A DNA stretch of 64,000 bases from Chrysomallon squamiferum (lineage: Eukaryota > Animalia > Mollusca). A model generated the notes under the pieces. That model ran no database searches, was not told the DNA's origin, and saw only the letters and a program-made list of their open reading frames with translations. The stretch covers positions 10,416,001 through 10,480,000 of the forward strand of contig CM022670.1 of assembly GCA_012295275.1 (NCBI GenBank), in the 5' to 3' direction. Both the position numbers and the translations under genes were made by a program. Shown here one piece after another: positions 1 through 15,009 of the stretch; position 1 is the first letter of the stretch, and every line of letters starts with the position of its first letter.

Positions 1-719
1 ACCGTGTAAGTAAAAAGATATTACTTTATGTACCTGTATCAAAATCAAAGGACCTGTTACATAGTTTCTGTTCAAAATAAGTGTTTATTAAAAAAAAAAA
101 AAAGGTATATTGCTGCAAAAAAGATACCAACTGTCCGTTTAATGGACATTTGCTCACCGGACTTTTGCCCAACTTATATTTGCTCACTGGAAAGTTAAAA
201 AAAAGGACAGATGCCCAACACCAGACAAGTAGGAAATGTAATCAAATAAGAAAGTTTATTTAAGTATTTAACAAGTTTCTTCCCATCGCTATGTAAAAAA
301 CATAACATTAACAATTTAAAAACTACGAATAAAAATATGCTGAGTTGTCATTAAAAGAAATATTTCTTTATTTATTATAGACCAGTTAATCTTCGTAGAA
401 AAAATTAAAATAAAAAAGAAAGGAAGAAAATAAAATAAAATAAAAAAAAAACATAAAAAAAAAAAAATGAAAAGAAAAAGAGAAAAGAATGCAAAAAAGC
501 TTTTATGTTTAGTATTTAATATCGATCCAAAATTTAATTCAATTCTTTTTAACGTTACTTGAAACAAACACTGTTATTTCTTGAGAAGGTTTTTTCGTAT
601 TCATTGCAAAATGTTTCTTTTCATAACTGCAAATATTTAATATGGATCACATCTGCTTAATGTTGCAGCTGTTTTTACGTGTGTTTTGTGATGGACAAAA
701 ACAGAACAAAGACGAGAAC

Positions 720-815
720 AAAGTGGCTGGGTGAGAGTGAAATAACACAGATATAGAACATGTCTCAAGCGAGAATCGATCCTGTAATCTTCTGAATGAT
801 GGGTTTACAGTCTGC
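720..815 (-). mobile_element. possible tRNA-derived SINE fragment
   Basis: Minus strand CAGAAGATTACAGGATCGATTCTCG (794-770) resembles the variable loop and B-box of tRNA-Arg-derived SINE heads. No A-box is recognisable. Confidence 0.3.
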
Positions 816-1072
816 ATCTTAGGATTTCTCTTCTTGTAATCGTATTAAAGAATCAAAACAACAAAAGGAATGAAAAGATATTTTCTCTTTTTATGCTTTT
901 TATTTTTTTTTTATTTTTATTTTTTTAGTCAGTTTTGAAGATAAATAGACTAAGAAGAAACAGAATGTAATTGGCATCATTTCCTTATTACGTTTTGAAA
1001 TAAAAAGGTTGCACAGAATATGGAAATCACGAATCGTTTTCTAAATCCATTAGAAAACCATCTCCTTATCCA

Positions 1073-1074
<2 letters not shown>

Positions 1075-1145
<71 letters not shown>

Positions 1146-1290
1146 CTCTCTCTCTGCATGTGTGTGTGTGTGCATGTGTGTGTGTGGTGTGTGTGTGTGT
1201 GTGTGTGTGTTTGCATCGTTTTGTTTGGGTGTGTGTGTGGTGTGTGTGTGTGTGTGTGTAGTGTGTGTGTGTGTGTGTGTTTGTGTGTTT
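1075..1290. repeat. compound microsatellite (CT)n-(GT)n
   Basis: Read directly from the sequence. Confidence 0.95.
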
Positions 1291-2261
1291 TTGTTTGCAT
1301 CGTTTTGTTCTTTTATTCTTCCTGCTTTTTCCATCAAGCTTGCTAAACAAAATGTTACAGAATTCAGTGCGAGTCTTCTGAAAGTTGAGTTTACTTACTT
1401 TCGATTCAGTAGCACAACAAATCATTACACTAATAAATAAACAAACAATTAAATAAATGCATATGCATTACTGACTGCACAAGAAACTGAGACTTTTCAT
1501 TAAATTCTACATATGTCTTTATCCCACGACAATAAGGCTTTTTATGAATCCATTGCTTTTACAAATAATTCTATCATCCACTGTGAAAGGAAATAACACG
1601 GTTATTCTTTTAACGATTTTAAAATTCGTATTTGATTTAAATCAAGCAACATCGCTAAAATGAAGCCAAGCGTGTATTTAAGGAAATATAAATTCAAAAA
1701 ACTAAATACGTTTTCTATAAGATTTAAAAAAAAAAAAACTAGGACAAGTGATTTAATAATTTCGATAAAGTTATATCTGGAAAAAAACGTCTTTTGGCTA
1801 TACTCAAATTTTTTTTTTTTTCTTCTTTTTTGAGCACACGAACATCGTTTTTTTTTTTACTATTGTCTGTTGTCAGTGTGCAAATGACTTAAGTACTCTT
1901 ATTAGCGTGTATTTCTACACAATTTTCTTAACACGCACTTCCACGACTGCCGCAGGCGAATTTCAACTTAGCCTGTCCCGGCGGGTAGTTTTCGAAATAA
2001 GGTTTTTAATTGCACGTGAGCTACTCAGCGCTAGCATGCGCTCGCGAGAAGGTCTGTACACGCGTTCGCAGTGCTGGACAAAAAGGTTAACTGTTCACAG
2101 CAATTTGTACAGCGCAGTCCGCTAACGCCAGTTTGAGTCTCCATCCGTCGACATTCCCCGAGGCGTCACGGTTTTCTCGCACACTTAAACACGATGGTAT
2201 TTCTCTCTTCTTTTCTTTCAAGAAAGAAATAATTATTAGTGGTTAACAGAAGCAAAAAAAA

Positions 2262-2293
<32 letters not shown>

Positions 2294-2346
2294 CCAAAAA
2301 ATCCAAAAATCGATAGAGTATATGTGTATGTGTATGTATATGTATA

Positions 2347-2519
<173 letters not shown>

Positions 2520-3634
2520 TTGTTTATTTTCTTCATACAAAATAAATGCTTTTAAATAAATGCTATATTGTGTGCTCACACATACATATAATACACGCAG
2601 ACACACACACATAAATGCATTCACACCCATATATACACATACAGGCACAGACACACGTACACACACTAATTTTAACGTATGTTAAAGACCATTTGCTGCT
2701 TAAGTTTAACATTTTTACAGATTTAGGTAGCTGGTTTCTTAACTCATTTTTATGCAAACAAAAAGTAAAAAGTAAAAAGAAAAAAAGAAACAAAAATGTA
2801 GAAAAATTACACATTTTTAGAGGTCGTTACAACAGTATTTACATCTACCATCAGAGAAATTAAATATTAATATCTTAGCAATATGTATGCATTTTTTTTT
2901 TTTTTTAGTTATTTTACGTTCTGAATTAATATAGCTAAGAGACAGAAACCATTGAACTTATGCAAAAAATAAAATATTACGCCATCTTGTTTTGTTACAT
3001 CTTCGATGTATTTTCCGCCCTTTTTCGCTGCAGCACTAAAGACGCGCGCCTGCAGACCAGTCATCACGCAGTACTTCAACGATGGAAGACTGCAGTGACT
3101 TCGACAGGGAAGCTATCACCGAGGAAGAGCACAGAAATGTTCTTTGTTGTTCCGCACAAGAGAGACGGTAATAATAAAGAGAACAGGCTTTCAAAACGTA
3201 GCCAAGCGTGGTCTAATTGACAGAAACCTTGTAATGAGATAGGACACAAATACGCGGCTGTAAGGACCCGTCTGAAGACATAGGAGGTTTTATACACGCG
3301 TTTGGCTTTTAAATCTCGCAAGAAAGAAGTCTTCCAAGTCCAGTGACCATGTTTAGGCGGAGAGCAGATGTAGCTGTAAGTAGATGACAGATACGGCGAT
3401 TGCGACGTCATTTTTTCTGGAATACAGCATTTTCATCAGTTTCGTAACGATAATCATCTTTGTTGTTGTACGGTGAAGTGATGACGTCTGTGCTGGATGT
3501 GATGTGTGAACTGTGTTGTCCATGTCGACACGTCATCATCGTCGTTGTTGTCATAGTTTTTGAAGCATTGTTCTTAATACGGTGACAAAGAGTAAGAGTG
3601 AGAGAGAATGTGAGTGAGAGAGAGAGAGAGAGAT

Positions 3635-3690
<56 letters not shown>

Positions 3691-4261
3691 TGAATGAATG
3701 AATGAAAAAGCGACGGGAATCGAAGGAAGAGGACGTAAATGGAAACAAAATTAATTAAAAGACAATTATATTTTTGTCGGTAAAATAATAATAAAAAATT
3801 AATAATTAAATAAAATACAAATATAATTAGAAATGAAAACACAAAAGAAAAAAAAAATAAAAGAAGAAGAAAGGAAAAAAAAAAAAAGAAAGAAAAAGAT
3901 AGCTAAAAATGTAGTGATAAATTATCAAGTAAAAAATGCTGGTGGTATTTATTAATTTTAACTCAAGTTATCAATCATTTACACTGGTTAAACTATTGGT
4001 AATTCGATTTGATCTTTCAAGCCAAAAAGAATATATATTAATTCCGAAATGAAAAGAGAATAGATCAAATATTAATTCGATTAGGTCGCTCGAGAATTCT
4101 TCTTGTGAACTGTACGGAAATTTATCCTAGAGAAAAAAATTATTTAAAATCTTAAGAGGAACATTTTTCAATAAGGAAGTCTCAGCAAAGTTAATTGTAA
4201 ACAAGACAATTGTAAATCATTTCTGTACTAAAAATATTTAGGACACGGAACCAAATACAGC

Positions 4262-4292
<31 letters not shown>

Positions 4293-5549
4293 ATAAGAAT
4301 AAAAACAAAATAAAACAAAATAAAACAAAATAAAGAAATAAATAAAAATAATAATAATTAATAAAGAATGAGAATGGATGAAAGAAAAACATTTTATGAA
4401 ATTTAAAAATCTTTTCGTGAAAACAAATATTTCACTGATTAATACTAACAAGCGTTTTACTGTTATATTTATTTATGTAAAAAATATTGTTCTAAATGTC
4501 ACAGGCCTAACCCGGAAGTTGATCGGATATTTATAACTACTTCCGGGTCAATATCTCCGTCAGACGCTCATAAAAAGGGATATAATCTGGATATACTTTT
4601 AAAGATACAGTCTTCAGAGAAAGAAATTTAAAATTTATTTGAAGGCTGATGAAAGACAGACTGTACATAAAACCTGTATTACTATAGTAATAACGTATAA
4701 GTATTTTTCCTATAATTTTTTGTTGCAAGTCTTTCTGTGTAGACAATATGTGTATCTTCGAGGAATGTGTTTCTAGTGCAAACAGTTTTAATCATTTTAT
4801 TTTCTCCTAATTCAAAAGTGTAATCTTTTGCACCGCTCCTACATTTTAATAAAGAGCACTGCTGTTATCTGATGAATTTCTCAGCTGCTGATCAGTGTGT
4901 TTTTGTCTAAGATAGAAATTTCAATTAAACCTGAGGTTGTTGACATTTAATACTCTTTCATCTCTTGATTTTTGAAACAAAAAAACAAATAAATAAATTT
5001 AAAAAAAAGAGTAAAGAAAAACAAAAAAATGTAAAAGAAAAAAGAAGAAAAGAATAAAAAAATAAAAGAAGAAAGAAAAAAATAAAAACAAAAAAACAAC
5101 AATAATATTTCATTTTATTTCAGGCAGAAGAAAATTACATTGATGATACAAATATTAACAGGAAAATGGTTTCATATCCAAGAAATAAAATAGGAAACGG
5201 TTCATGTATGGATACATTTTTAACTTTTCACAGGAAATAGAATAGTATTGAAACCGAAAATTCGTTTCTAAAGAGGAAACAGTATTGATCGTGTGTTTGT
5301 TCCTCTAATATCATTGTCACTGAAAAGATTGCTATTTTATATCGAATTTCAATTGCTTTTTCTGACTTATGTTCACATGGATCATAATTTTAAGACTTGG
5401 TTATATCTGAACGCGGACAACTTTGTTTTCACCGTCAAGCTATAAATAATATACGTTTTTATCTTTTTTACCGGTATTTTCTTTTTTTGAAGCATATCAC
5501 TAAAATTATGATTTGGATGTATATTGATTTGTTTGTTTGTTTGTTTGTT

Positions 5550-5870
5550 TTAGTATTTGTATGATTATTTATTTGTTTGTGTGTTATTTATTTATTTAAT
5601 ATTTATGTATTTAGTATTTGTATGATTATTTATTTATTTGTTTGTGTGTTATTTATTTATTTAATATTTATGTATTTAGTATTTGTACAATTATTTATTT
5701 ATTTGTTTGTGTGTTTATTTATTTATTTAATATTTATGTATTTAGTATTTGTATGATTATTTATTTATTTGTTTGTGTGTCTATTTATTTATTTAATATT
5801 TATGTATTTAGTATTTGTGTGATTATTTATTTATTTGCTTGTGTGTTTATTTATTTATTTAACATTTATT
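5550..5870. repeat. minisatellite, ~5 copies of a 61-66 bp unit built from (ATTT)/(GTTT) microsatellite
   Basis: TTAGTATTTGT recurs at 5550, 5611, 5676, 5742 and 5808. Confidence 0.9.
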
Positions 5871-6413
5871 TGTCTGTCTGTCTGTCTGTTTTTTGTTTAT
5901 TAAAACTGTTTTAAGCGATCATTCAAACAATCACGGATATGCACCCTTGTAAGATTTGATTATCAAAGAAAAACTGTTTCGAAACTACATCATGGCATTT
6001 TCATTAATTTTACATTTTACATTTACCATTTCAGTATATGAAGCAGTTATATAATAAATGTCATATATATTAACATCTGATTTTGCTTCAGTACATAACA
6101 AATGCTTGTTATGTAACTATTCATTATTTCCATTAAAACTATCCAGAACCAGTGAACGTTTTCTGAAAGGTATATGAGAGTAGTGCCATCACGGTCTCAT
6201 TTATCAGTGTTATTTTTGCTTTTGCTGTTGATTACATCATGTACATTCGTTAATGCGAATGTATGCACAGAGATACATTTTAATGAAAAACCTACTTTTT
6301 TATTTACATATATTCTACATATGTACATTGATACATACATACATATAGGCATACAAACAAGCTTGCATACATACATACATATATTTTTACGTTCGTACAC
6401 ACACACATACACT

Positions 6414-6564
<151 letters not shown>

Positions 6565-7633
6565 ATAAATATGAATATTAATAAATATATACACATACAC
6601 ACACAAACAGGCATCAGGACGGACAGAGTATCATGAATGGGTCATGAACTAACACAGATTTCCAATGTATCTTTTTAGGAACATGTAACTACGTCACTAA
6701 TCTTTGCAAAATGACTGCCTAATTTAATTCGAAGACCGGAATATCTCTACAGTTCTTAATATTTTACAAAATTTCATTTACTGTCTAAATAAATAAATTA
6801 AAATTAAAATAATCAACTTCTCACTGCTTTTGTTTTTTTGGTTGGAAGATCTTTTCTTTTTATGGCTAGAGAAGTTGAACAATTTATTATTATTATTATA
6901 ATAATATTATTATTATTATTATTTATATATAAGTGCAGTTCAACTCTTATCCAGACCTATCCCCCTCTCTCTTTCTCGACAGTCAGTAATAGGTTTAATA
7001 ATATGGGTTTTCTAAGACTGTCTGCGTACAGAAATATCCGCCAAGCTATGGAAATCAATAGAATACATTATGTAAGCGAAATCTGGTGGTAAAATTCTAA
7101 TTGTCAATAAAAGTTTGGCTGTGCTGATCTTCTTGGTTGTGTTTTTGTCACTGTTAGAATGTTGGCGATTAAATTTGATATTTTTATTACGCGCAATTTA
7201 TCCCGAGATTGTCGAACTATGTTCGAACTTTACTCACAAAACATCAGTCATGCAATTACATTCCACCATTAACAGACTGGTCGAAAAATTCTATGTGACA
7301 ACCTTGGCAGATATGCTTAATTTCAGGTTTCCCCAAATAAAAATAAAAAACTATTAGTTCAACTTGTGGTTGATGGTCAAGACGTTTTTTAAACGGCATC
7401 TTAAGGCTGGGAATTTGTATCTTTTTGTTGTTGTTATCAACGGATATGGTAAAAGGCCTGTTTTACGACTGTTTGCTGACTTACTAATACGGTACCGTAT
7501 CTCAAGGCACAGCATGCAGTTCAAGATTCTGGAACACATTACCGAATATTAAATTTTATATAGCATTAGGTAAAATTATTTTTATAATGTCGGTGAACAC
7601 ACTTTCAGATAATTTAATAATAATAATAACAAT

Positions 7634-7671
<38 letters not shown>

Positions 7672-7675
7672 AAAA

Positions 7676-7728
<53 letters not shown>

Positions 7729-8247
7729 TAATAAAAGTACATAACATACTAAATGTGTAAAGCCAAATACTTTCTTCTGTACAAAACGACATTTTTGTTT
7801 TATAAACATTTTGTATATTACGCAAAATGCCCCCCGCTTTCAGTTTCCCCAAGCACACTAAGCTTTATGGATGGTGTCTACATAGATAAATATATTCAGT
7901 TTAATTTAAAGTGATATTTTCAAATTCGACGCACACAAACTTTAAAAAACGAATCTCTCTCTGACAAGTTACTAAGAAATTTAAATGAACATTTCGCCCC
8001 CAGACAGAATGATAAATGGAGTTTCAAAAACAGGTTGTCATGTGGAATTGATTATTAGCAAAACAAACAAAAAAATAAAATAAAATAATAAAGTAAAATC
8101 AACAAATCGTGTAATGTACCAAATTATATTTGATAAAAAGTTAGAAAACATATAACTGGTCAGTAGTTCTATTTATTTATTTTTATTGGTTTTGCTATTT
8201 ATTTATTTTTATTTATTTATTTTTATTTATTTATTTTTTATTTTTTA

Positions 8248-8299
<52 letters not shown>

Positions 8300-8304
8300 T
8301 TTTT

Positions 8305-8357
<53 letters not shown>

Positions 8358-8431
8358 AAAAAGTTTTAAACGCAAAAGTGAAACAAAACAAAACAACCTC
8401 AGAAAATATTATGTCATGGTTACTAACACAT

Positions 8432-8462
<31 letters not shown>

Positions 8463-8477
8463 CACACACACACACAA

Positions 8478-8545
<68 letters not shown>

Positions 8546-8699
8546 TTATGTCTCATGTATCTATCTAGCTAATAAAGGCAGGAAAAGTCATCCAGAAAGA
8601 TAAATTTTGATATTTAAAATAAATATATACATACGAAAACACACAAATAAATGAATAAATAAATAATAAATTATATAAAATAAAATATTAAACAAAAAC

Positions 8700-8847
8700 T
8701 AAAATAAATAAATAAATAAATAAATAAAAGTAAAAGTAAATAAATAAATAAACAAATAAATAAATTTAATAATTATAAAATAAATAAATAAATAAATAAA
8801 ATTATAAATAAATAAATAAATAAACAAATAAATAAATTTAATAATTA

Positions 8848-8878
<31 letters not shown>

Positions 8879-8998
8879 AAAAGTAAAAGTAAAAGTAAAT
8901 AAATAAATAAACAAATAAATAAATTTAATAATTATAAAATAAATAAATAAAATTATAAATAAATAAATAAATAAACAAATAAATAAATTTAATAATCA

Positions 8999-9039
<41 letters not shown>

Positions 9040-9040
9040 A
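8700..9040. repeat. (AAAT)n with higher-order duplications
   Basis: ACAAATAAATAAATTTAATAAT(T/C)ATAAAA is repeated four times within (AAAT)n. Confidence 0.85.
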
Positions 9041-10379
9041 AAAACAAGTATGTAGTTACAGTAATGAACGCTGCACATACATGTATTTTATAAAACCCTG
9101 ATTATTTCATTATTATTTTTTTAATTTGAATTCTTCCAACTGTGACAGACAGTGTAACATTCACAGTCAACAAGAACAGACGTAACATACGTCATCATTC
9201 TATCTTGTCTCAGATGAGAACAGAATTTCATTTTCTTTACTAATCTTGATGTACAGGCAACGACGAAAGAATTTCATTATTTTAGTGAAAGTGATTGATC
9301 TGCAACATGGACAAAATTAAAATCCTTTTTTTCTTCTTCCCCTCTTTCTTTTGTGACTTGATATATCTGCCAACAGACAAGTATTAAATTGGATTCGTTT
9401 TCGTCATATGTGCAAAGTTGATAGCATCTTTTTTCAGTCAATAAACAAAAGTGTTTGCATTAAGGAAAGCGTTCTTGTTGATAAGATAGAACAACGTTTG
9501 AGGTATTCGGCAAGAGCTAAAGAATTATTTCCAGTGACAAAATGTTAAAAAGTTCTGTCCCTTTAAATCACATTGCTTGATCTGACTGCAGGAATGCGTT
9601 AGAAATCTGATAAACTGCGCTAGAAAACAGTAGCCAAAACCAGGCTTGTTGTTACTTACGTCAAACACTTACTGATCAAATGTACATATATATTCATCAC
9701 AGGTGTACAGACTATAAGCCAGGGATAGAGTTAGTAAGTCAGGGTACTAGATAGAGAAGAAAAAACTATTTAGTGGCCTTGTAACATGAAATATTTTATT
9801 CCTCACCTATTCTCAGCGAGGCACAGAGTTTGTTTTCATCGTAATTTTCAAAGATGACACTACTTTATTGTTTCAAAATTGTTTACCTGACCGCAATGAT
9901 GATGACATTTTTCAAACAAAAAAAATAATTTTTCCTGTTTGTCAGTTATTTGCAAGGCAGATATTTTTCATTCTTTTCGTCAGCTGAATATGAAACTGAC
10001 TGAAAAAACCAAAAATTATTTTATTTCCTCTTTTTTGTTTTTTTCTAAAGAAATAACTTATCTGACACAACTGCAATTTTTCATTATTCTTCTTCCTCTT
10101 CCGTATCTCAAAAGGTCAGAATTTAATAAAAAAAGAAATTTTTTTTTTTTTTTTTAAATTTTCATTTTTACAGAAATGATTTATCTGCAAAAAGACAACA
10201 TTTTATTAATTGTTTTGTGTTTTTTCTTGTCTGAGAAGAGAACATTAAATTTCACACTTCTTCTCTCCTTAACTTACAGGGAAATCGACGTTTCATTATT
10301 TTTTAATGTTCTTAAAGTATGTGAAAACAGAATGTCGAATCAGTTTCGTGTTCTCTGTTTGGTATTTGGACTTACATGA

Positions 10380-10690
10380 ACAGACATTTCATCACTTTTG
10401 TATTCTTAACTTGACAACAGACGTTTCGTTATTTCAGTATTCTTAACTTGTGAATAGACACATTTAATAAAAAAAAATTTTTTTTTAAAATAGGCAACAT
10501 TTCCTGTGTTCGTAACTTATTAATCAGATAATGTTTCTTCATTTTCGTGTTCTTTTCTTACGTCAACAGACAACATTTCACAATGTTTGTATTATTAACT
10601 TACGTGAATAGAATAAATTTCATTACTTTTGTATTATCAGTATAATAAATAGACAGAGTTTCATCATTTTTCATATTCTACACTTATCTC
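10380..10690. repeat. decayed ~35-45 bp minisatellite
   Basis: Recurrent AACAGACATTTCATCATTTTCGTATTCTTAACTT-like units, with weaker copies around 9170-9400. Confidence 0.6.
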
Positions 10691-10919
10691 TATAAAAGCA
10701 GACAATTCATAAACAGATACATTTTGTGAAATTTAAATACCTCTGACATTACACTTGATGTCGTGAATCTGAGGTTGCAGAATACAGATAAAAACATACG
10801 ACGTATTGGTGACTGTATTTCTAGCTGGCTTACGTCATTACTAATAGCTCTACGCTTATTGCTCTTTTGTCAGCAGTTTGTGAGAGGCGAGAAATCAAGG
10901 TGTCCTATCAAAACTACGG

Positions 10920-11210
10920 GTAATATCTTTTTACATAACTTCACACAATCTTGTTCTTCGTGTAGCATTGCGATACAGTAATATTATTTTACATAATTCT
11001 ACACAATCCTTTTCTTGATTACGATATTACGATACAGTAATATTATTTTACATTATAGGATCTTGTTCTTGGTGTGTCATTACGATACAGTAATATTATT
11101 TTACATCACAGGATCTTGTTCTTGGTGTTGCATTATGATTTTATTTTACATAAATGTTCACAATCTTAGTGTTACATTACGATATAGTAGTATTATTTTA
11201 CACAACTTAA
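10920..11210. repeat. minisatellite, ~51-59 bp unit
   Basis: CGATACAGTAATATTATTTTACAT and ATCTTGTTCTT blocks alternate ~5 times. Confidence 0.85.
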
Positions 11211-12146
11211 CACATTTTATTTATGGTTTCCAGGTGAATAATAACGTATATCTTTTGTCTAACTAATTATTCCGTTGTGTAATGCTGAAAGTCTCAGTAT
11301 TATACATTTACATTTTATTCTAAAAGATGACTAATGACTCGAAAATGTATTCGTTTTAGTTTTAATTGAGGGTGATAAAAAAAATATTTATTGAACTGTG
11401 TTTTCAAAAACATTTTAAGTGTAATATACCTTCTGTCATATGTTTTTTTTTTCTAATGTATAATGAAAAAAAAAAAAAAAAACACGTTGGTGTGTATACA
11501 AAGTAATGTATGGCACTTTACTTAGTAACTAAGTGATATGACTATATTTTCAGTAAATACAAGTACTTAGATATATTTATGTTTTAAATAATTCATTTAG
11601 CCTTCGATCTGCAGACAGTATTAATAAACGAAAGAGTAAATTAACTGAACACATTTTAATGTTAATGGTCGTTAAGTATTAAAAATATAATTTGTATAGT
11701 TCCGTCGTATGCTAGAGATTAGAAGTGAAGGGATGTTTTGAGTGTATTTTTTCTACTGATATAATATCCTGGGTGGAACGGGAGTTAAACAATAGAACCA
11801 TTCTGAAGCAAATGATTACTACTACTACTACTACTACTACTACTCTACTACTTCTACTACTACTACTACTACTACTACTATTGTTAATACATTTACTACT
11901 ATTGTTATTACTACAATTATTACTACTGCTACTACTACTATTATTATAAATGTTCATAAACGATCGGACTGATTTCTTACAAATTAATTATTTTAATTTA
12001 ATATTAGCATAAAAAAAGAAACTGTGTCTAGTAACGAAATTAATAACACAGTTAAAGATTTCTAAAAACTAGCTAATAAAATTACTTTTTCTATTTTTAC
12101 TACTTCTACTATTACTACTGCTACTACTAATACTACTATTACTAAA

Positions 12147-12218
<72 letters not shown>

Positions 12219-12401
12219 CATATGGCCACAGATATATAAATTACTGTTATAATTATAAATATACAAATAAGCTAATGATTATCTACTTTACATGTCCCGT
12301 GCGTTATTTTTTTTTTTTTACTCCAGTATTATTAAATGATATAAAATAATATTTTCAACAAAGATATCTAGAGAAAATCCTCACACACACAAAAACACAA
12401 A

Positions 12402-12402
<1 letters not shown>

Positions 12403-12475
<73 letters not shown>
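12403..12475. repeat. ~73-nt poly(A) tract
   Basis: Read directly from the sequence; the length may be affected by assembly error. Confidence 0.9.
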
Positions 12476-12477
<2 letters not shown>

Positions 12478-13228
12478 AAGAAGAGAAACAAGGCAATAAA
12501 ATTCACCAGACATCCATCTCGAGCGCCTTAATTAAATAAACTAATAAAGTACGTAGATATATATATACATCTGTATGTATGTGTTATTTATTAATTCGCG
12601 TTCAGTATTATTATGTTCCATCCGAGAAATTACGAAAGTATTGGTATGATCTAGCTAAATTAATTAGCCTGGTTTTATGTGCAGGCTTTAATCTGCGAAA
12701 TAACTGAATGGGCCTGTTTTAGATGAAAATGTTGTTGTTGTTGTTGTTGTTGCTGTTATTATTATTTTTATTATTATTGTTGTTGTTCTTGTTGTCGTTA
12801 TTGCTCTTGTCGTTATTGTTGTTTTGTTGTTACTGTTACTGTGGTTTGCTGTAGATGTTTTTAATATTATCATCATGATTACTGATGCTGTTTTTCTCAT
12901 TATTATTATTATGGTTATAATAATTTTATTATTGTTGTTGTTGTTATTGCTCTTGTTGTTGTTATCATCATTATTATTATTATCGTTGTTGTTGTTCTTG
13001 ATGATGATCCTGCTGTCGTTATTATCATCGCTATACGTTCATTCATTCATCATTTATCATTCATCAGTGCCACTGTCATCATCATAATCATCATCATTAT
13101 CATCATTATTATTATCATCATCACTCATACTCTCTGCATTATTCATTTATCAGTTTACTTATTGCCTCAAATCATGTTTAGAATTTTAAGAAATGAAACT
13201 GATTTACTTCAATTAAAAATATATGTAA

Positions 13229-13268
<40 letters not shown>

Positions 13269-13450
13269 AAAAATAAAAATAATAATAATAATAAAAAAAG
13301 AAGAAAAAAACAACAACAACATAACAATCCACGCACATACAAACAGACAGAAAAAAAAAGAAAGAAAATAATAAAAAAAAACACATATTTAAATTACTCT
13401 TCTGTTGCACTTAAGGGAATAAAATTTTAAAAAAGAAAACAACTAAAAAA

Positions 13451-13482
<32 letters not shown>

Positions 13483-13678
13483 CCCCGAAGAATGTTTTTT
13501 AAATATATTTAAGATCTCAGTTCTGGTAAGGTCTTGACGTAGTTAAAGTGAGTGGGAGTTAGACACTGTCGTAGATCTACAGCTAAAGCTTAGACACGGA
13601 AACAATTTAGAAAATGCTGATGTAAGATGTGACGCAGACGAGAATGTGATACGATAGACAGTTGTTGATGAGTGTCAT

Positions 13679-13733
<55 letters not shown>

Positions 13734-14127
13734 ATATATATATATATATATATATTAGTTTGCGACCGATCTGTTTTAACAAACAAACAAACAAATAAAT
13801 TAATAAATTAATTTAAAAAAAAAATACTGCTGCTACTACTACTACCGCAAAAATTACTTGTGCTACCATTAGCTTTAATACTGCTACTAACAACAACAAC
13901 TGCAACAACAAAAGTTAAATAAGATGTCGGCTTACCTCAGCAGTAGCTACGTCAAGTGACGCATGATTATTATTACGTCAGCTGATTGTTATAACGTCAT
14001 ATATAGAAACAAATTACAGCTGCTTGACAGAAACTATGACATTTTTGAAACATTAACAGATGGCATGAATTTGCTTGAATATGAATGTAAGTTTTATTTA
14101 TATATATATATATATTTGTTTGTTTGT

Positions 14128-14162
<35 letters not shown>

Positions 14163-14935
14163 TTATAACATAACAACTCAAATAATGACAACGCTAAGAT
14201 ATTTACTCTTACATCAACTATTTATTTTATTTTTCAATAAGCTGTGCAATAAACTGTTATTATTACTGTTATTATTGTAATTATTACAAAAATAGGAAAA
14301 CTTTACAAGGTAAATATTATATAGTATGATGAGTTTGTGAAGGTAGCTATAAACTTCATTTTTAGTCAGTAATAGATGCATATTGAATAGTCAGGAACGT
14401 ATATACACTCCAATATAATTTACTTATTCATTTGTTAATTTATTTTATTTTTACTTTTTTTTGTATTAAGATACTGTTGATAGTAACAATCTCTTACATT
14501 AAAACTTGTTAAGGAATCGTTGTTAATGATTAATTTATTTTATTTTATATAAAGATTTATCTTTTATCTTTTATAATCATTAATACTAAGTGTAAGTTGA
14601 GACTTAGCTGAACAAAATTATATCAAGTAATTCTCCATTTTAGACGGGCATGTTACATGATTTACAACTTAAGTAATACTGTTATTTCTAGGAGTTTTCT
14701 TTTTTCTTTTTCTTTCCTTCTTTCTTTCTTTCTTTCTTTCTTTTTCTTTCTTTCTTTCTTTTTTTTTCTTCTTCTTCTTTTTGCCGGATATAAATCTTTG
14801 TTGTTGTTTTTGTTGTTGTTGTTACTATTGCTGTCAATATTATTATTGCATTCTTTTTTATTATTGTTGTTATAATAATAATAATAATTTACTATTATTA
14901 TGATTATGTTTATGATTATTATAATTATAATTATA

Positions 14936-14992
<57 letters not shown>

Positions 14993-15009
14993 GTTGTTGT
15001 TATAAAACA

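Noticed and set aside
12403-12475. Long poly(A) as the tail of a retrocopy or LINE
   Set aside because: There is no recognisable upstream body or target-site duplication, and long A tracts are common throughout the window.
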